DNA from: Flaccisagitta enflata
Taxonomy: Eukaryota
Direction of reading: 5' to 3'
Assembly (NCBI GenBank): GCA_965153355.1
Contig: OZ231126.1
Location: forward strand, 17,484,001-17,548,000
DNA: 64,000 nucleotides
The position numbers were made by a program, and so were the translations under genes. Below the pieces are notes generated by a model that worked only from the letters and a program-made list of their open reading frames with translations, made no database searches and was not told the origin of the DNA. How positions within the stretch are numbered: position 1 is the first letter of the stretch; each line of letters opens with the position of its first letter. This document shows positions 46,349 through 59,362 of this stretch, in pieces.

Positions 46349-48780
46349 ATAACTATTCTAAATTCTGGTGGAGGCAATAACCTATTGGCCAGAAGTGAAA
46401 ATAGACACGCAATTAAATAGTATCGTCAGTCAGTAAGTAGTGAGTCCTTTTAAGAAATGAACGATGCGAAAATAAATAACTATTCTAAGTTCTGGTGGAG
46501 GAAAAAATCAAATGACTAGAAGTTAAAACAGACGCGAAAATAAATAGTATGGTCAGTCGGTCAGTAGTGAGTCATTTAAATATCAACGATGCGAGAATAA
46601 ATAGCTATTCTAAATTCATCCATTTAAGGAATCAACCATCAGCGCGGGAGTAAATAAATAGTAGGGTCAGTCAGTCGGTACTGGGTCATTTAAATAGAAC
46701 GCAAGACGAGAATAAATACCTAGTCTAAATTCGTCCATTTAAGGAATCAACCATAATGGGTCCAGGCCCTTGAAACTGGAAAAAGCACGCGGGAATAAAT
46801 AGAAAAGCCGTCAGTCGTCAGTGAGTCATCCGAATAACAAACCAAAGGACCAGGAATAAATAGTTAGGTCAGTCCGTTGTCAGTGAGTCATTTAAATAGG
46901 CAACAAGGCGATAATAAATAATTAACTGGAAAGCAAAAAACCGGTAAAATATAAAATCTAGAAGACAACACAAGAGAGAAGTTATGCTGGATAGTAATCA
47001 TAGGTAGTGAGTTCATATGCATCCCCGTATCTTTGTCGGTAGACAGAGGTGGAGATTTAATAAATAAAAATGCTGGACAGCAACCATAGTCACATGCATC
47101 CCCGTGTCTCTGTCGGTAGACAGAGGTGGAGATTTAACAAATAAAAATGCCTGAAAGTAACCATAGTCATACGCATCCCCGTGTCTCTGTCGGTAGACAG
47201 AGGTGGAGATTTAATAGGTAAAAATAACGTAAAGAAGGGAGCCACGGCGGCGGTCATTTCAACCCCCAACAGCCAGGCGCCAAAAAGCCCAAACACAGGG
47301 GGGCAGAACGGCCCCCGAAGCCACAAAACCAGCAGGGCCACATTGTGACCCAGTCCAAGACACCCAGGGGCCCCGCGCATTGCAGGGGCCCCGCCATTAT
47401 AAACAACCCCAGGAGGGGCACAAAGCACCCCAGGAGGCAACAAAGCCCCCATTTCAAGCCCACGGGCACACCAGCAAGGGGCCCTGCACAAGCAAAGGCC
47501 CCCCTACAGACAAGCAAGGGCAGGCACAGGGACGGACCGAGGCAAAAAAGAAAAAGAGAGAGCAAAGCCAAAGACGGCCCAAAGGCGGGCCCCTATATCA
47601 CAAGCACAAAAAAACAGGCAGCCAAACGGCCACGAACAAGAAGGGCAAAAAGCCAAAAAAACGCAAAGCCAAACGGCACACAAGAGACCAGAGCACAGAG
47701 CCAAAGGGCCCAAAAAGAGGACCCAACGGACCCAAGAGGGCAAGGCAAACAAAGCCAAAAGGCACAAGGCACAAAAACGCCCAGAATAGGGCCAACAGGC
47801 CCCAGGGAGAGCCAAAAACGCCCCAACACAACAGAAAAAGACCCAAAAGGAGCAGGGCAAACACAGCCAAAAGGCACAAAGGGGCAAAGACGCCCAGGGG
47901 AGGACCAAAGGGCCCCAGGGAGAGCCAAAAAGGCCCAACCGCGACAAAAAAAGCCAAGAAGGGCAGAGCAAACAAAACCACAAGGCACAAAGACACACAG
48001 GGAGGGCCAAAGGGCCCCAAAAAGAGCCCAAAGGGCCCAACAGGACAAAAAAGAACCAAAAAAGGCAGAGCCAAAAAGCCAAAAGGCACAAGGGGCAAAA
48101 ATGCCCAGGGGGAGGGCCAAAGGGCCCAATATCACAACAAGGACAGTTGGAAGGGGAAGACTACCAAAGGCGGTGGGGGGCATTGCGATCAATCAAAAAG
48201 ATCCCAATACCGATATCCCACCCCCTCTGCTAGTCCACACCATATAACGGTGCCCCCCTCCAACCGACCCAGTAAGCCGGCCACCAGGACGCGAGACTCG
48301 AATAATGCCACACTTCCCTCGAGTCTCGCAGTGTACCACTCTTCCACCAACTCCTTCTTGAGACTATGGAGAAAGTGGGACCAGATCCGATCCACAGTTT
48401 CTTCAAAGCCTCCTGCCCTCATAGCTCTAAGGGACATCACCGCTGATCGGAGGGTAAAACCCAGTCTGTTACGTAAGACAGTCCCCCTATCCCTTCCCTC
48501 CCTGCCTAGGGCCATTTCTACCACTTCCACCGATCTCTCTCCTCCCAGCGCCTCAATCTCCACACCTAGCTTTCTCCACAACTCCTTAACTATCGCACAC
48601 TCCGTAACCACATGCCACCTCCTCCTGGCCCATTGCCCACACAACGAACAAGTCCCATCCCCCCTGGCAATATAGGCATAGTCCATGTATGCAGTCCAAA
48701 AATTGAGGTTAAGTTGCCTCCAGACTTGGGATCTCACTTTGAGAGAACAATTTGACTCGTGTACTCTCTTGCTAAATGTC
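46349..48780 (-). mobile_element. 5'-truncated L1/Tx1-like non-LTR retrotransposon: ORF2 C-terminus (48780-48189) plus a long putative 3' UTR
   Basis: RVHESNCSLKVRSQVWRQLNLNFWT...CSLC-x8-H-x4-C...ELW is the CCHC zinc knuckle typical of the L1-clade ORF2 C-terminus. There is a sharp GC shift. The left boundary is uncertain (47220 to 46349). Confidence 0.8.
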
Positions 48781-50420
48781 ATAGTAAGTACAATCTGGAT
48801 GAGCATATAAGAACTCATACTGGAGAAAAACCGTTCTCATGTAACGATTGTCCAGCGACTTTTGCCAGCAAGTCCACTTTGACAAAGCATATGAACCGTC
48901 ATTTAGGAATCAAAAAAGAGCTAAAAATAAGTTGTGGATCATGTTCTACTGCTTTTTCCAACAAAAGTAAATTAGAACAGCACATGAGAGTTCATACTGG
49001 AGAACGACCTTTCAAATGTGACCTTTGTCCGGCAACTTTTGCATGGAAAACCTCCTTAAGTAAACATACAATGACCCACACAGGAGAGAAACCACATCGC
49101 TGTCACTTGTGTCCAGCTGCTTTTACAACGGCATCTGGATTAACTAAACACGTTCGAACCCACACAGGTGAAAAACCTTACAAATGCAGTCAATGTCCAT
49201 CAGCTTTCGCTCAGAAGGGGGACTTAACGAGTCACATAAAAACCCACACAGGCGAGAAACCATATCAGTGTGAAACGTGTCAAAGAAGATTCGCCAGAAA
49301 GAATGAACTGAAAAGACATAACATGATCCATACTGGTGAAAAACCATTTAAATGTGAACTATGTCCATCGGCGTTTCGCTCAAAGAGTGATCTTAAGATT
49401 CATATTTGCAGCGTTCACACTGGAGAGAAGCATTTTGAATGTCACTTGTGTCCCCAAAAGTTCAGCAACAAATGTAACCTTGGCAAACACCTTAAATATC
49501 ATAGTAATGTCGTAGAGAAGCCCTACAAATGTAATTTCTGTACCTCATCTTTTTCGACAAAGTCGTCTCTAACCCAGCATCAGATTCTCCACACAGGAGA
49601 AAAACCATATCAGGGCAAATCATGCCCAGCACAGTTTCCTACCAGGTCTAACTTGAACATACATGAAAAAAGAAGGCACGGCGATAAGCAGTTGCACCAT
49701 TGTGACGTATGTTTTTCATCGTTCACTTTGAAACAATATCTAAAACTGCATATGAAAGTCCACACGGGAGAGAAACCATATAAGTGCAATGATTGCCCAA
49801 CAGCCTTTGGAAGTAGTAACGGACTGAAAAACCACCAAATGGTCCACACAGGAGAAAAACCTTACAAGTGCGACCTTTGCCCAAAGGTGTTTACTGTGAG
49901 TGGTTCATTGAAAACTCACATGAGACTTCACACCGGAGAAAAACCTTTTAAATGTGACTTTTGTCCATCGGCCTTTTCCAGTAACAGTAATCTTAAAATC
50001 CACTTAAATACACATTATATCGAAACCGGATATCCAACTTCCAAGCTAGAATCACCCAATCCGAAGTTGATCACATGTGAAATGTGCCATTCAGTATTTA
50101 CCACAAATAGAGATTTAAAGAGACACATTCGCACGCATACTGGAGAAAAACCACATCAATGTGAGTTCTGTCCGGCGAGTTTTTCGAGAAACTCGAATTT
50201 AGGCATGCATGTGTTGATCCACACGGGTGAAAAACCTTTTGCCTGCGACCAATGCTCATATACCTGTTCCCGTAACAGTAATCTTGAAGCTCATAAGCGT
50301 ATCCATTCGGGCGTAAAACCCTTTCAGTGTGACCAATGTCCATTAGGATTAGCAAGTAAAACAAATTTAGAGTTACACAAGAAATCCCACTCTGTCAAGA
50401 AATCATACCTATGTGTTTAG
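48781..50420 (+). CDS. Tandem C2H2 zinc-finger protein: 18 complete fingers (one with C->G) plus a half finger at the 5' end. 5'-truncated, likely a pseudogene
   Basis: 553-codon open frame of CxxC-x12-HxxxH units, mostly with TGEKP linkers. It starts mid-finger (HSKYNLDEHIRTH) with no native start, directly against an antisense retrotransposon. Confidence 0.93.
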
Positions 50421-50716
50421 TGTCCATCTGCTTTTTAGTCGCGGACGAGCGACTCTATAAGAGGCTTTGTCCGTCCGTCCGTCGGTCGGTCCGTTGGTGA
50501 GCACGAGTTGAAAAGTGGAAAAAACAGCGTTTCCGCCCCTGCCCACTCGTCCGCGACTGGTATTGGCCGTGTATCCGGCCTTGTTCTTAAGAACATTCGC
50601 TTACGTTTCATAGAAGAATTTTCTCTGGAGAGAATCTGTATCAATGCGATATCTGCCACGCAAGTTTTGCCCGTAAAAGTAATCTTACAAGGCATTTAAA
50701 AAATCACAATTCATGA
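50421..50716 (+). pseudogene. Decayed 3' continuation of the zinc-finger ORF (two more fingers)
   Basis: Removing 50436-50584 gives YLCV*CPSAFS*EHSLTFHRRIFSGENLYQCDICHASFARKSNLTRHLKNHNS* in the same frame. Confidence 0.88.
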
Positions 50717-51252
50717 CACTGTGTAAAATTAATGAGTTCTTCATATTCGTTATGTTCGAAGCAAGTGATTAGGAAGTCTGTCAACCAATACAATCAACTC
50801 TTTCTTTGTACCTGACCCAAGGCAACTTCTGTTGCTTTTTCGCTATTGTCCCTTCGTTGCGTAAAAATTCTTTGTTTCCTTGAACATTTATTTCCTTGCA
50901 AAAAAGTTGTTTCATTGACTCAGAATTAATTGAAATCAAAGCTTGGCAGTAAAGATTCAATATCTGTAGATAGTTAACCATTAACTAGGTGGCCTGGATA
51001 TCGACGTTTTCTGTCGATTTAATGAGGCTTTTGTTTTCCGCCCTCACCTGAAATAATATTGACGAACTTGGATGGCACCAAACAAGAGTCTGGGTTCAAA
51101 TTGTGTGCACACGAAAAACAACGCATGTGCACGACAATTTCCTTTTCACTGCATAATGATTTCTATTTGTGTCCATTGTTGTTTCATTGTCTGGCTATCT
51201 TTTTTCTTTGTCCGTTTGTCTGGTTGATCCTAATTCTGATATGTTTTTCTTG

Positions 51253-51348
<96 letters not shown>

Positions 51349-51636
51349 GCTTTCTCTCTTTCGCTTTCTCTCTTTCGCTTTCTCTCTCTCTTTCTATCTC
51401 TCATTCTTTCATCTGTATACTCCTCAAGTTTGGAAGTTATAAGGTTTCAGCATTATTCGATGAAAAGCAAGTTTTTTTCTCCATATGAATAAAAAAAGAT
51501 GGTTTTAGCTGAAAGGCGCGAAAAGAAGGAAATGCAATCAAAAGCAAACATGGCTCACAACTTATGTTGACATTTTCAAAATCTTGAGCATCGCAAGTTT
51601 GATGCAATTAACACCCATCAGCTGGGAGTGAGCGTC

Positions 51637-51692
<56 letters not shown>

Positions 51693-51693
51693 T

Positions 51694-51724
<31 letters not shown>

Positions 51725-51872
51725 CTCTGCAAAGGTAACTACCCAAATCATCAATTTTGTTGGGACTGCTGTCAAGTCGGTCTGTCTGCCCGTCCTCTCT
51801 CTGTCTCTCTCTGTCTCTCTCTCTGTCTCTCTCTCTCTGTCTCGGTCTCTCTCTCTTTTCAGTCTCTCTCTG

Positions 51873-52088
<216 letters not shown>

Positions 52089-52171
52089 ATTAGATTTGAA
52101 TAAGATTTCTACCATCTCACATCATCATCGCGCAGTCCTTTCATTTCCAAAGCTATTCATCTTTATCAAAG

Positions 52172-53323
52172 ATGGAATTTGGTTTCATGCTTCAATTTGA
52201 AATTCCCGAAAAAGAAGGAGAATTCCTGAGTATTAGGTAGGTAAACTTTTTTTCTCCAATTCTATTTCCTTTTTGCTAAGCTTTGGTAAGTTTAAACATG
52301 GATGTAAAAAGAAGAAAGAAGCTGTGAAGTCATACAGTCGGAGATTGATCGGGTCAGTCTTTTTAAGTGCGTCCTCGCACTTCTATAAGAGGTCATGTCC
52401 GTCGGTTGGTTGGTTTGTCGGTTGGTCAATGGTCACGCAAACGTTTGAAATGCGCAAAACGGCTCATTCTGACGTGTATCTTCATTCCTATTACCTTTCA
52501 TGCCTTACAACATTCATTTTCATTCATTCGTTCATTCATTCATTCATTCATTCATTCATTCATTCATTCATTCATTCATTCATTCATTCTTTCATTCATC
52601 AAAAACGTTCATTCTCAAATTCTTAACTTGGCCTTGTTTATTTCTTCCTTAGCCATCAATCATCCTTCTTCTTCTTCTTTTTCTTCTTCTTCTTCTTCTT
52701 CTTCTTCTTCTTCTTCTTCTTCTTCTTCTTCTTCTTCTTCTTCTTCTTCTTTTTCTTCTTCTTCATTTTCTTCTTCTTCTTCTCTTTTTTCTTTTTCTTC
52801 TTCCTCTTTTTCCTTTGCTCTTCTTCTTTTTCTTCTTCTTGTCCTTGTTCTTCTTCTTCTTCTTCTTCTTCTTCTTCTTCTTCTTCTTCTACTTCCTCTT
52901 CTTCTTCTTCTTCTTCTTCTTCTTCTTCTTCTTCTTCTTCTTCTTCTTCTTCTTCTTCTTCTTCTTCTTCTTCTTCTTCTTCTTCTTCTTCTTCTTCTTC
53001 TTCTTCTTCTTCTTCTTCTTCTTCTTCTTCTTCTTCTTCTTCTTCTTCTTCTTCTTCTTCTTCTTCTTCTTCTTCTTCTTCTTCTTCTTCTTCTTCTTCT
53101 TCTTCTTCTTCTTCTTCTCTTTTCCCTATTCATTTCCTTCTCCTTCATTCTCTCCATCGGCATCATCATCGTTATTTCAACATTTCTCATCAACATTCTC
53201 TTCATCGTGCGGTGATCGGTGTTGATGGAAGCGGGATCTTGTTTGCTTGAACTGAGGTTATCTTCCACCAACGAAGAAGGTTATCTCCGCCATCCTTATT
53301 GTATTCCCTTTGTGCGGATACAT

Positions 53324-53375
<52 letters not shown>

Positions 53376-55269
53376 TTAATATTCATTCTTTGTTTACATT
53401 TCTTCACTTCACAACTGTCCAAGTCAAAGAAGACACAAGGCGGAATGAATGAATTATGATTTGTTATCTATCACTTGAAGAGTTTGAGTATCGCGTTGAC
53501 TGCCTGTTGACGTGCTGTAGCTGTATTTCCAACCTGAACCTAGCAAAACAAATAAGCTGATGACGGTTTTGGAATTCCTAATTACTTTTTTCGTGCCACT
53601 TTACCCTGAAGAGGTCATTTTTTGTCTTCCTGTTCCTTCATTTGGTCCGTTACGGTTTTGTTCAAGGCTTACTTGTATTGAGTTTATTGACTGTAAATGG
53701 TTTCAATAATCAATCCTGTGTCATAGAATTATCATTTACTTTGCCTTTTGCTAGTTCGTCCTTTTTGTCAATCATTCAATCATTGATTTATTCATTCAAC
53801 AAATCGAGTTCATTTTCTTTCTCTTTCACTCATTTTGTTCATTATCGTATCCATCCTCTTACAGCTACATGTTCCAATACTCACTTATTTTCACTCATTG
53901 GCAACAGTGAGCCATTATCCTATGTTATTTAGAGCTGTTGTAAATCACTTGATCGATCAAAAGCTGTATATACTTTTTGGTTTGATTCTTGACCCACTCA
54001 CAAGTGGCACACTTGAAGTGTCACTTCAGCTTTATTTTCGCCTCCCACAAGTGTGCGAAAAAATGGAGAGCGGCTTGATTACCGCCATGTAATCTAGCAT
54101 GTATCTCCGACCTCTGCTCAGACAATCGGTCATTCCCAATTCAAATGAGAATGTTTTCGACGCGGGCGGCCAAAGAACGCTCGAACGTGGGTGTTCCAGT
54201 TGCCTTTTTAGTTGCGGACACGCAACTCTATAAGAAACTTTGTCCGTCGGTCGGTTGGTCGGTCGGTTGGTTGGTCGGTTGGTTGGTTGGTTGGTCCGTA
54301 GAGGTGATCGAGTCGGATAGTCGGAAAACGCACATATCCGCCCTGCCCACCCGTCCGCAACTGGTGGCCGTGTATCCGGCCTTGTTTGTGTGTGTTTTCA
54401 AGTGTTGTTTTATTGCGTCGATGATTGAGGAAATGATGGGTGGACGTGTGTACATTAGTCAACAAACAATAGAATAAGAACGAAAAAAATGCGTTTTTTT
54501 CGGTGGTTAAGACTTTAAACTAAAAAACATCATCATCATCATCATCTCTAGCTCTTAGTTGATCAATGAATTGGCATTTTGATTCCAACCCTCGAAGAAG
54601 CTATTCTCACTAAAACCGACAAAATACGAGCTGAAGCCTTCTGGGTACTACTTGGCTTTTTTGAAAGTCAACTCATGATGTTCATATTGATATCCTACTA
54701 GAGCAATGGTCAATGACTCACTACCGACGCGCCATTCAAATTGATTTAACTTAAATGATCTTAATCTTTGTCATCGATTACAAAGCAAATAATACAGCGT
54801 TATGAAGAGAGAGGGCTAACTTGAGAATCGTGAATTTTGGGATGATTCAAACAAAATAATTTGGGGGCTGCCTATTGTTTTCATTTTTGGCTCAATGAAC
54901 TTCAGGAATGAATACCGATTTATCTTTTCTTGGAAGTGGATCGAACTTTTTTTTCTTTTTAGAAATGATTCAATAAATCATACGTCATCGAATGGGAATG
55001 AAGAGAATTTAGGGTATGAAGATTTTTTTATTCACGCATCTCTGAAAATAGATTTTTCGATTGGTCAGCAAAATCAAACAATATATCTTAAAAATAGACT
55101 CAAAATAATTATTGAGGAGTTAACAGCTAAAAGAATTCGTGATCATGATTTCCACATAAGCATAGGAGGAAACAGACGTGACCTAGCACATACACCTTGG
55201 CTCCCATTATCAAAAGCTTGTGGTTTTTTTAAACCTGTTTTACTGGAAACGTATCGTTTGACGGCATGA
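52172..55269 (+). CDS. Candidate small spliced gene of unknown function (52172-52236 joined to 54963-55269 or 54963-55013)
   Basis: Good donor (AG|gtaggt) and acceptor (tttttag|), phase-compatible, giving MEFGFMLQFEIPEKEGEFLSIRNDSINHTSSNGNEENLG... No known domain. Confidence 0.3.
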
Positions 55270-55969
55270 CCTTGCTTTTATTTATCATCCATCAATAGCC
55301 AACGATGGCATTTTATTCAATGTGAATTCGCATGGTTTGTTTGTTGGTTTCACAAACCTAATCGGATCTTAATCCTGTTTTTTTCTTTTCCTATTTGTCA
55401 AAGAGTACACATCGACTCAACATTACGCAGATCGTCTTTTCGTCTTCACTCACCTCTGGCAATTTTTTTTTATTACTCCTCAGCCCCTCTCTGCATCCAC
55501 CTCAACTTATTCATCCTCATCCACATCACCTTCCTCTGTTTGGGCAGCGGCCCGGAAGGAGACAAAGTCCTGTAGAACACAGGGGGAATTTTGTTTGTTT
55601 GTTTATTTGTTCGTTCGTCCCCTCCAGGCCATCTCAGGCCTTAAATCTGCCCTCTCAGGCCTGAAATCTGCCCTCTCAGGCCTAAATTCGGCCCTCTCAG
55701 GCCTGAAATCTGTCCTCACAGGCTTTAAATCTGCCCTCTCAGATTCAAGGACTGAGAGGGTAGGTTTCAGGACTAAGAGGACAGATTTCATGCCTGAGAG
55801 GGCAGATTTCAGGCCTCGGACGGACGGACAGACAGACGGACGAATGAACAAACAAATGAACAAAAGTCCTCTGTGTTCTACAGGACTTCGTCTCCTTCCG
55901 GGCCGCTGCCCTGCTTCCTGTCACTCAAATTCACCACATATTGCCCTTGGGCGACCCGTTTGTCCTGAA

Positions 55970-56625
55970 CCCGCTCCTCATCCACCTCAACTTCTTCATC
56001 ATCATCCTCATCCACCTCACCTTCCTCTTTTCTGTCCTCAACTCACTCCACATCAACCTCACCTTCTTCGTCATCTTCTTATCCACCTCACCATAATCTT
56101 CCACGTCCACCTCACCATCCTCTTTTCTGTCCTCACCCCCTCCTCATCCATCTCAACTGCCTAATCATCTTCCTCATCAACATAATCATCCTCTATTCTG
56201 TTTTCAGGTCCCTCCTCATCCATCTCACCTTCCTCTTCCCCTTCCTCAACCCCCTCCTCATCCACCTCAACTTCGTCATCATCCTCCACGTCCACCTCAC
56301 CATCCTGTTCATCTTCCTCATTCCCCTCACCTTCCTCTTCATCACCCTCCTCATCTACTTACCCCTCCTCATCTTCCTCTTCTTCCTCACCTTCCTCTCC
56401 CTAACCCTCCTCATCTACCTACCCCTCCTCATCTTCCTCACCTTCTTCTTCATCACCCTCCTCATCTACTTACCTCTCCTCATCTTCCTCCTCCTCACCT
56501 TCCTCTCCCTAACCCTCCTCATCTACCTACCCCTCCTCATCTTCCTCACCTTCCTCTTCAGGACCCTCCTCATCTACTTACCCCTCCTCATCTTCCTCAT
56601 CTTCCTCATCCTTCTCTTCAGCTAG
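55970..56625. repeat. Degenerate C/T-rich minisatellite
   Basis: Repeated CCTCCTCATCTTCCTC / CCCTCCTCATCTAC(C/T)TAC units. Confidence 0.8.
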
Positions 56626-57245
56626 GACGGTTTTTCGCTCTCTGATGTGAACTTACCACACCTTTAGAACATTTCCTGCTTTCTTCCCGATTCTCAGTCT
56701 TGGAATCATCTTAATCTTTGGAATCGTAGAGGATTTATTTTCTCTCTTTGGAGGATTTTACCGACGATTCGTTCCCTCGCTCCTTTCACATGTCTTTTTT
56801 ACGTTTTTTGTCATGTCTTTTTTACGTTTTTTGTCATGTCTCTTTACGTTCTTTGCCATGTCTTTTTTTTTTAATTTTGGACTATTGTCATGTCTTTTCT
56901 GTATGTTAGTCATGACTTTTTTCGATCCTTGTGTCTCTTGTTTTCGATGCTTGACAGGTCTCTTGCGATGGTTTTCTAACATGTACTTTTTCGATCATTG
57001 TCCTGTCTTTTTTCAATCCCCGTGATAATCCGTTACACTTTTTTTTATTTATTATTTCTTTCTTTCTTTCATTCTTTCTTTCTTTCGTTTTTTTCCTAGA
57101 TAAAATGTTTCCCATCTTTCGAGTGCCCCCCTTACGGTTGAAGCAGATAGCACATTGACATGTCACAAAAGGATCCGATGGCACGACCCAATAAGGCGCA
57201 TTATAAGGACATGAAAATCAGATATCGCGGACGACAACAACAACG

Positions 57246-57353
<108 letters not shown>

Positions 57354-58228
57354 TATCATGCGATTATCCTCTCATTTCCATGTTACTTTATTCTGTTACT
57401 CATCTCACTTTTCTATGGATTTTTTTTTTTGCTGCTTTCTGTTTTCTTTTGAATTTCTGTTTTTCTTTTTTTCTCTCTCTCTCTCTCTCTCTTTGTATTC
57501 ATGCTCGAATCACCTTTAAATAACCCTTTCTTTCGTCCTTACAAAAAAATTTGTTTGGAACTGCATTACGTACCTTTCTTCCATGACCACTCCTCCTGAT
57601 TTTCAACTCAAGTTTTTTTCAACAACTTTTTCTATTTGTCGACCTTTGAGTGTCTGTCTAAGACTAAGTGTCTGATATTTTCTCTGTATGTTCTTTTTAT
57701 TTACTTTTTCACTCGTGATTTTTTTCTCTTTGCTGTTTTTCTACCCTTCTTTCTCTCTTCTTCACAAGTCGTATTTTCCTAAAAAATCACCAGCTTTAAA
57801 CTTATTTGCTTTGAAGAGTAATATTGCGTGAGCAATAACTTTTTGAAACATCCAGTTTTTGTTTACAAAGAAAATAAAGATTTTGAGTTTTTTCCCATCA
57901 CAAGGAAGAAGTCGCGGGGTTCTAACGTTCAATTTTTTTTTCAGGGTCAAAGACACTAAATAATCTCTTTAAAGAATTCTTACTTCCTCTTAGTTTTTTT
58001 TCTGTTTCCGCCCGAAATTCAATTTTCTGTGGTCTTTATTATTTTTTTTCTTGTTTTAAAAATCTTATTCATAACCACACGGTATTAAACATGTGGCTAT
58101 GACGGCGTTTTTGGGTTGTGGCTGTGACGGCATCTGTGGTTCATAACCTTGAAACCACGGAAAACCCACAAAAAAGGCACTGACTTCCAAGGCGGCAGTG
58201 GCAGCGACAGCATCGCTTCCTGTCCTTC

Positions 58229-58298
<70 letters not shown>

Positions 58299-58395
58299 CT
58301 CTCTCCTTCTTTCCTAATTTCTTTCTATCTTTCTTGTTTTTTTTCTCTTCTCTTTCTTTTCTTCATTATTTCTTTCTTTTCTTTCTTTCTTTTTT

Positions 58396-58431
<36 letters not shown>

Positions 58432-58700
58432 TTTTTCTTTCTTTCTTTCTTTTTTTCTTTCTCGTTATTCTCCCTTCATTTTGATTCCAAATTTTATCCC
58501 CCTTCTTGAATTTCGACTTCTGCCTCTCGACTTAGTTTTTTTTTTTCTTTATTTTATTTTATTTATTTTTTTTTTTTTTGGTGATCGTTTAAAAAATCGT
58601 CTCTTCAAATTTTGGGCCGTCTCCGTTCTTTTACGCCTATCGAAGAGACATTTCCCGGAGTCTTGGAAAAGAAGAGGGGAAAAAAGCTGAGAAAAATCAA

Positions 58701-58805
<105 letters not shown>

Positions 58806-59094
58806 ATTTTCGAAAAAAAAAGTTTTTGAAAATCAACATTGCCTCTTGAATTTTAAATCCTTTATCCCGTCTCTCTGTCTGTCATGATTTCTAATTGAAA
58901 TTCAAATTTAACTTAACATTATGACAATTTTACGCGTTTTCAATGCCGGCCTCCTGTCGCGTGTTTTTCTCGTTATGATTGTCATCATCTTAATGATAAT
59001 ATTCAAGAAAACCTGTCGCGCTTCTCGGCGACGTAAGAACACGCCTCAATCCCGCAATTAAAACACGAATAACAATGAACGAATGACGTCGTTA

Positions 59095-59225
59095 TAAGCG
59101 ACTGTCAGCGTGACGGCATCTATTGTCAGCGTGACGTCAGCGATTGTCAGCGTGACGACATCGATTGTCAGCGTGACGATATTGATTGCCAGCGTGAAGA
59201 CATCTATCGTCAGCGTGGCGTCGTC
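59095..59225. repeat. 21-bp minisatellite, about 6 copies
   Basis: Unit ATTGTCAGCGTGACGACATCG. Confidence 0.85.
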
Positions 59226-59254
59226 CGACATCCATCTTTTGACATCCTTCCCAG

Positions 59255-59362
59255 GACAATGAGGACATGCGGAGACAAAACTCGTATGATGGGAACATAG
59301 ATGATCCGGAATTGGACAGGATTGTCATTAAAGCCAGAATTGGTGGGAATTATATCTCGTAG
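59255..59362 (+). CDS. Candidate terminal exon (DNEDMRRQNSYDGNIDDPELDRIVIKARIGGNYIS*)
   Basis: Acceptor catccttcccag, open to TAG, with AATAAA at 59442. The upstream partner exon is unresolved. Confidence 0.25.
   Translation, partial: DNEDMRRQNSYDGNIDDPELDRIVIKARIGGNYIS

Noticed and set aside
46349-47220. Hammerhead ribozyme in the tandem units (CTGACGA on the minus strand)
   Set aside because: No correctly placed GAAA with the three required stems was visible by eye.
47345-48675. 300-aa and 431-aa Lys/Gln/Arg-rich plus-strand ORFs
   Set aside because: They are open only because this strand has almost no T. They are antisense to the retrotransposon ORF2 and its tail.
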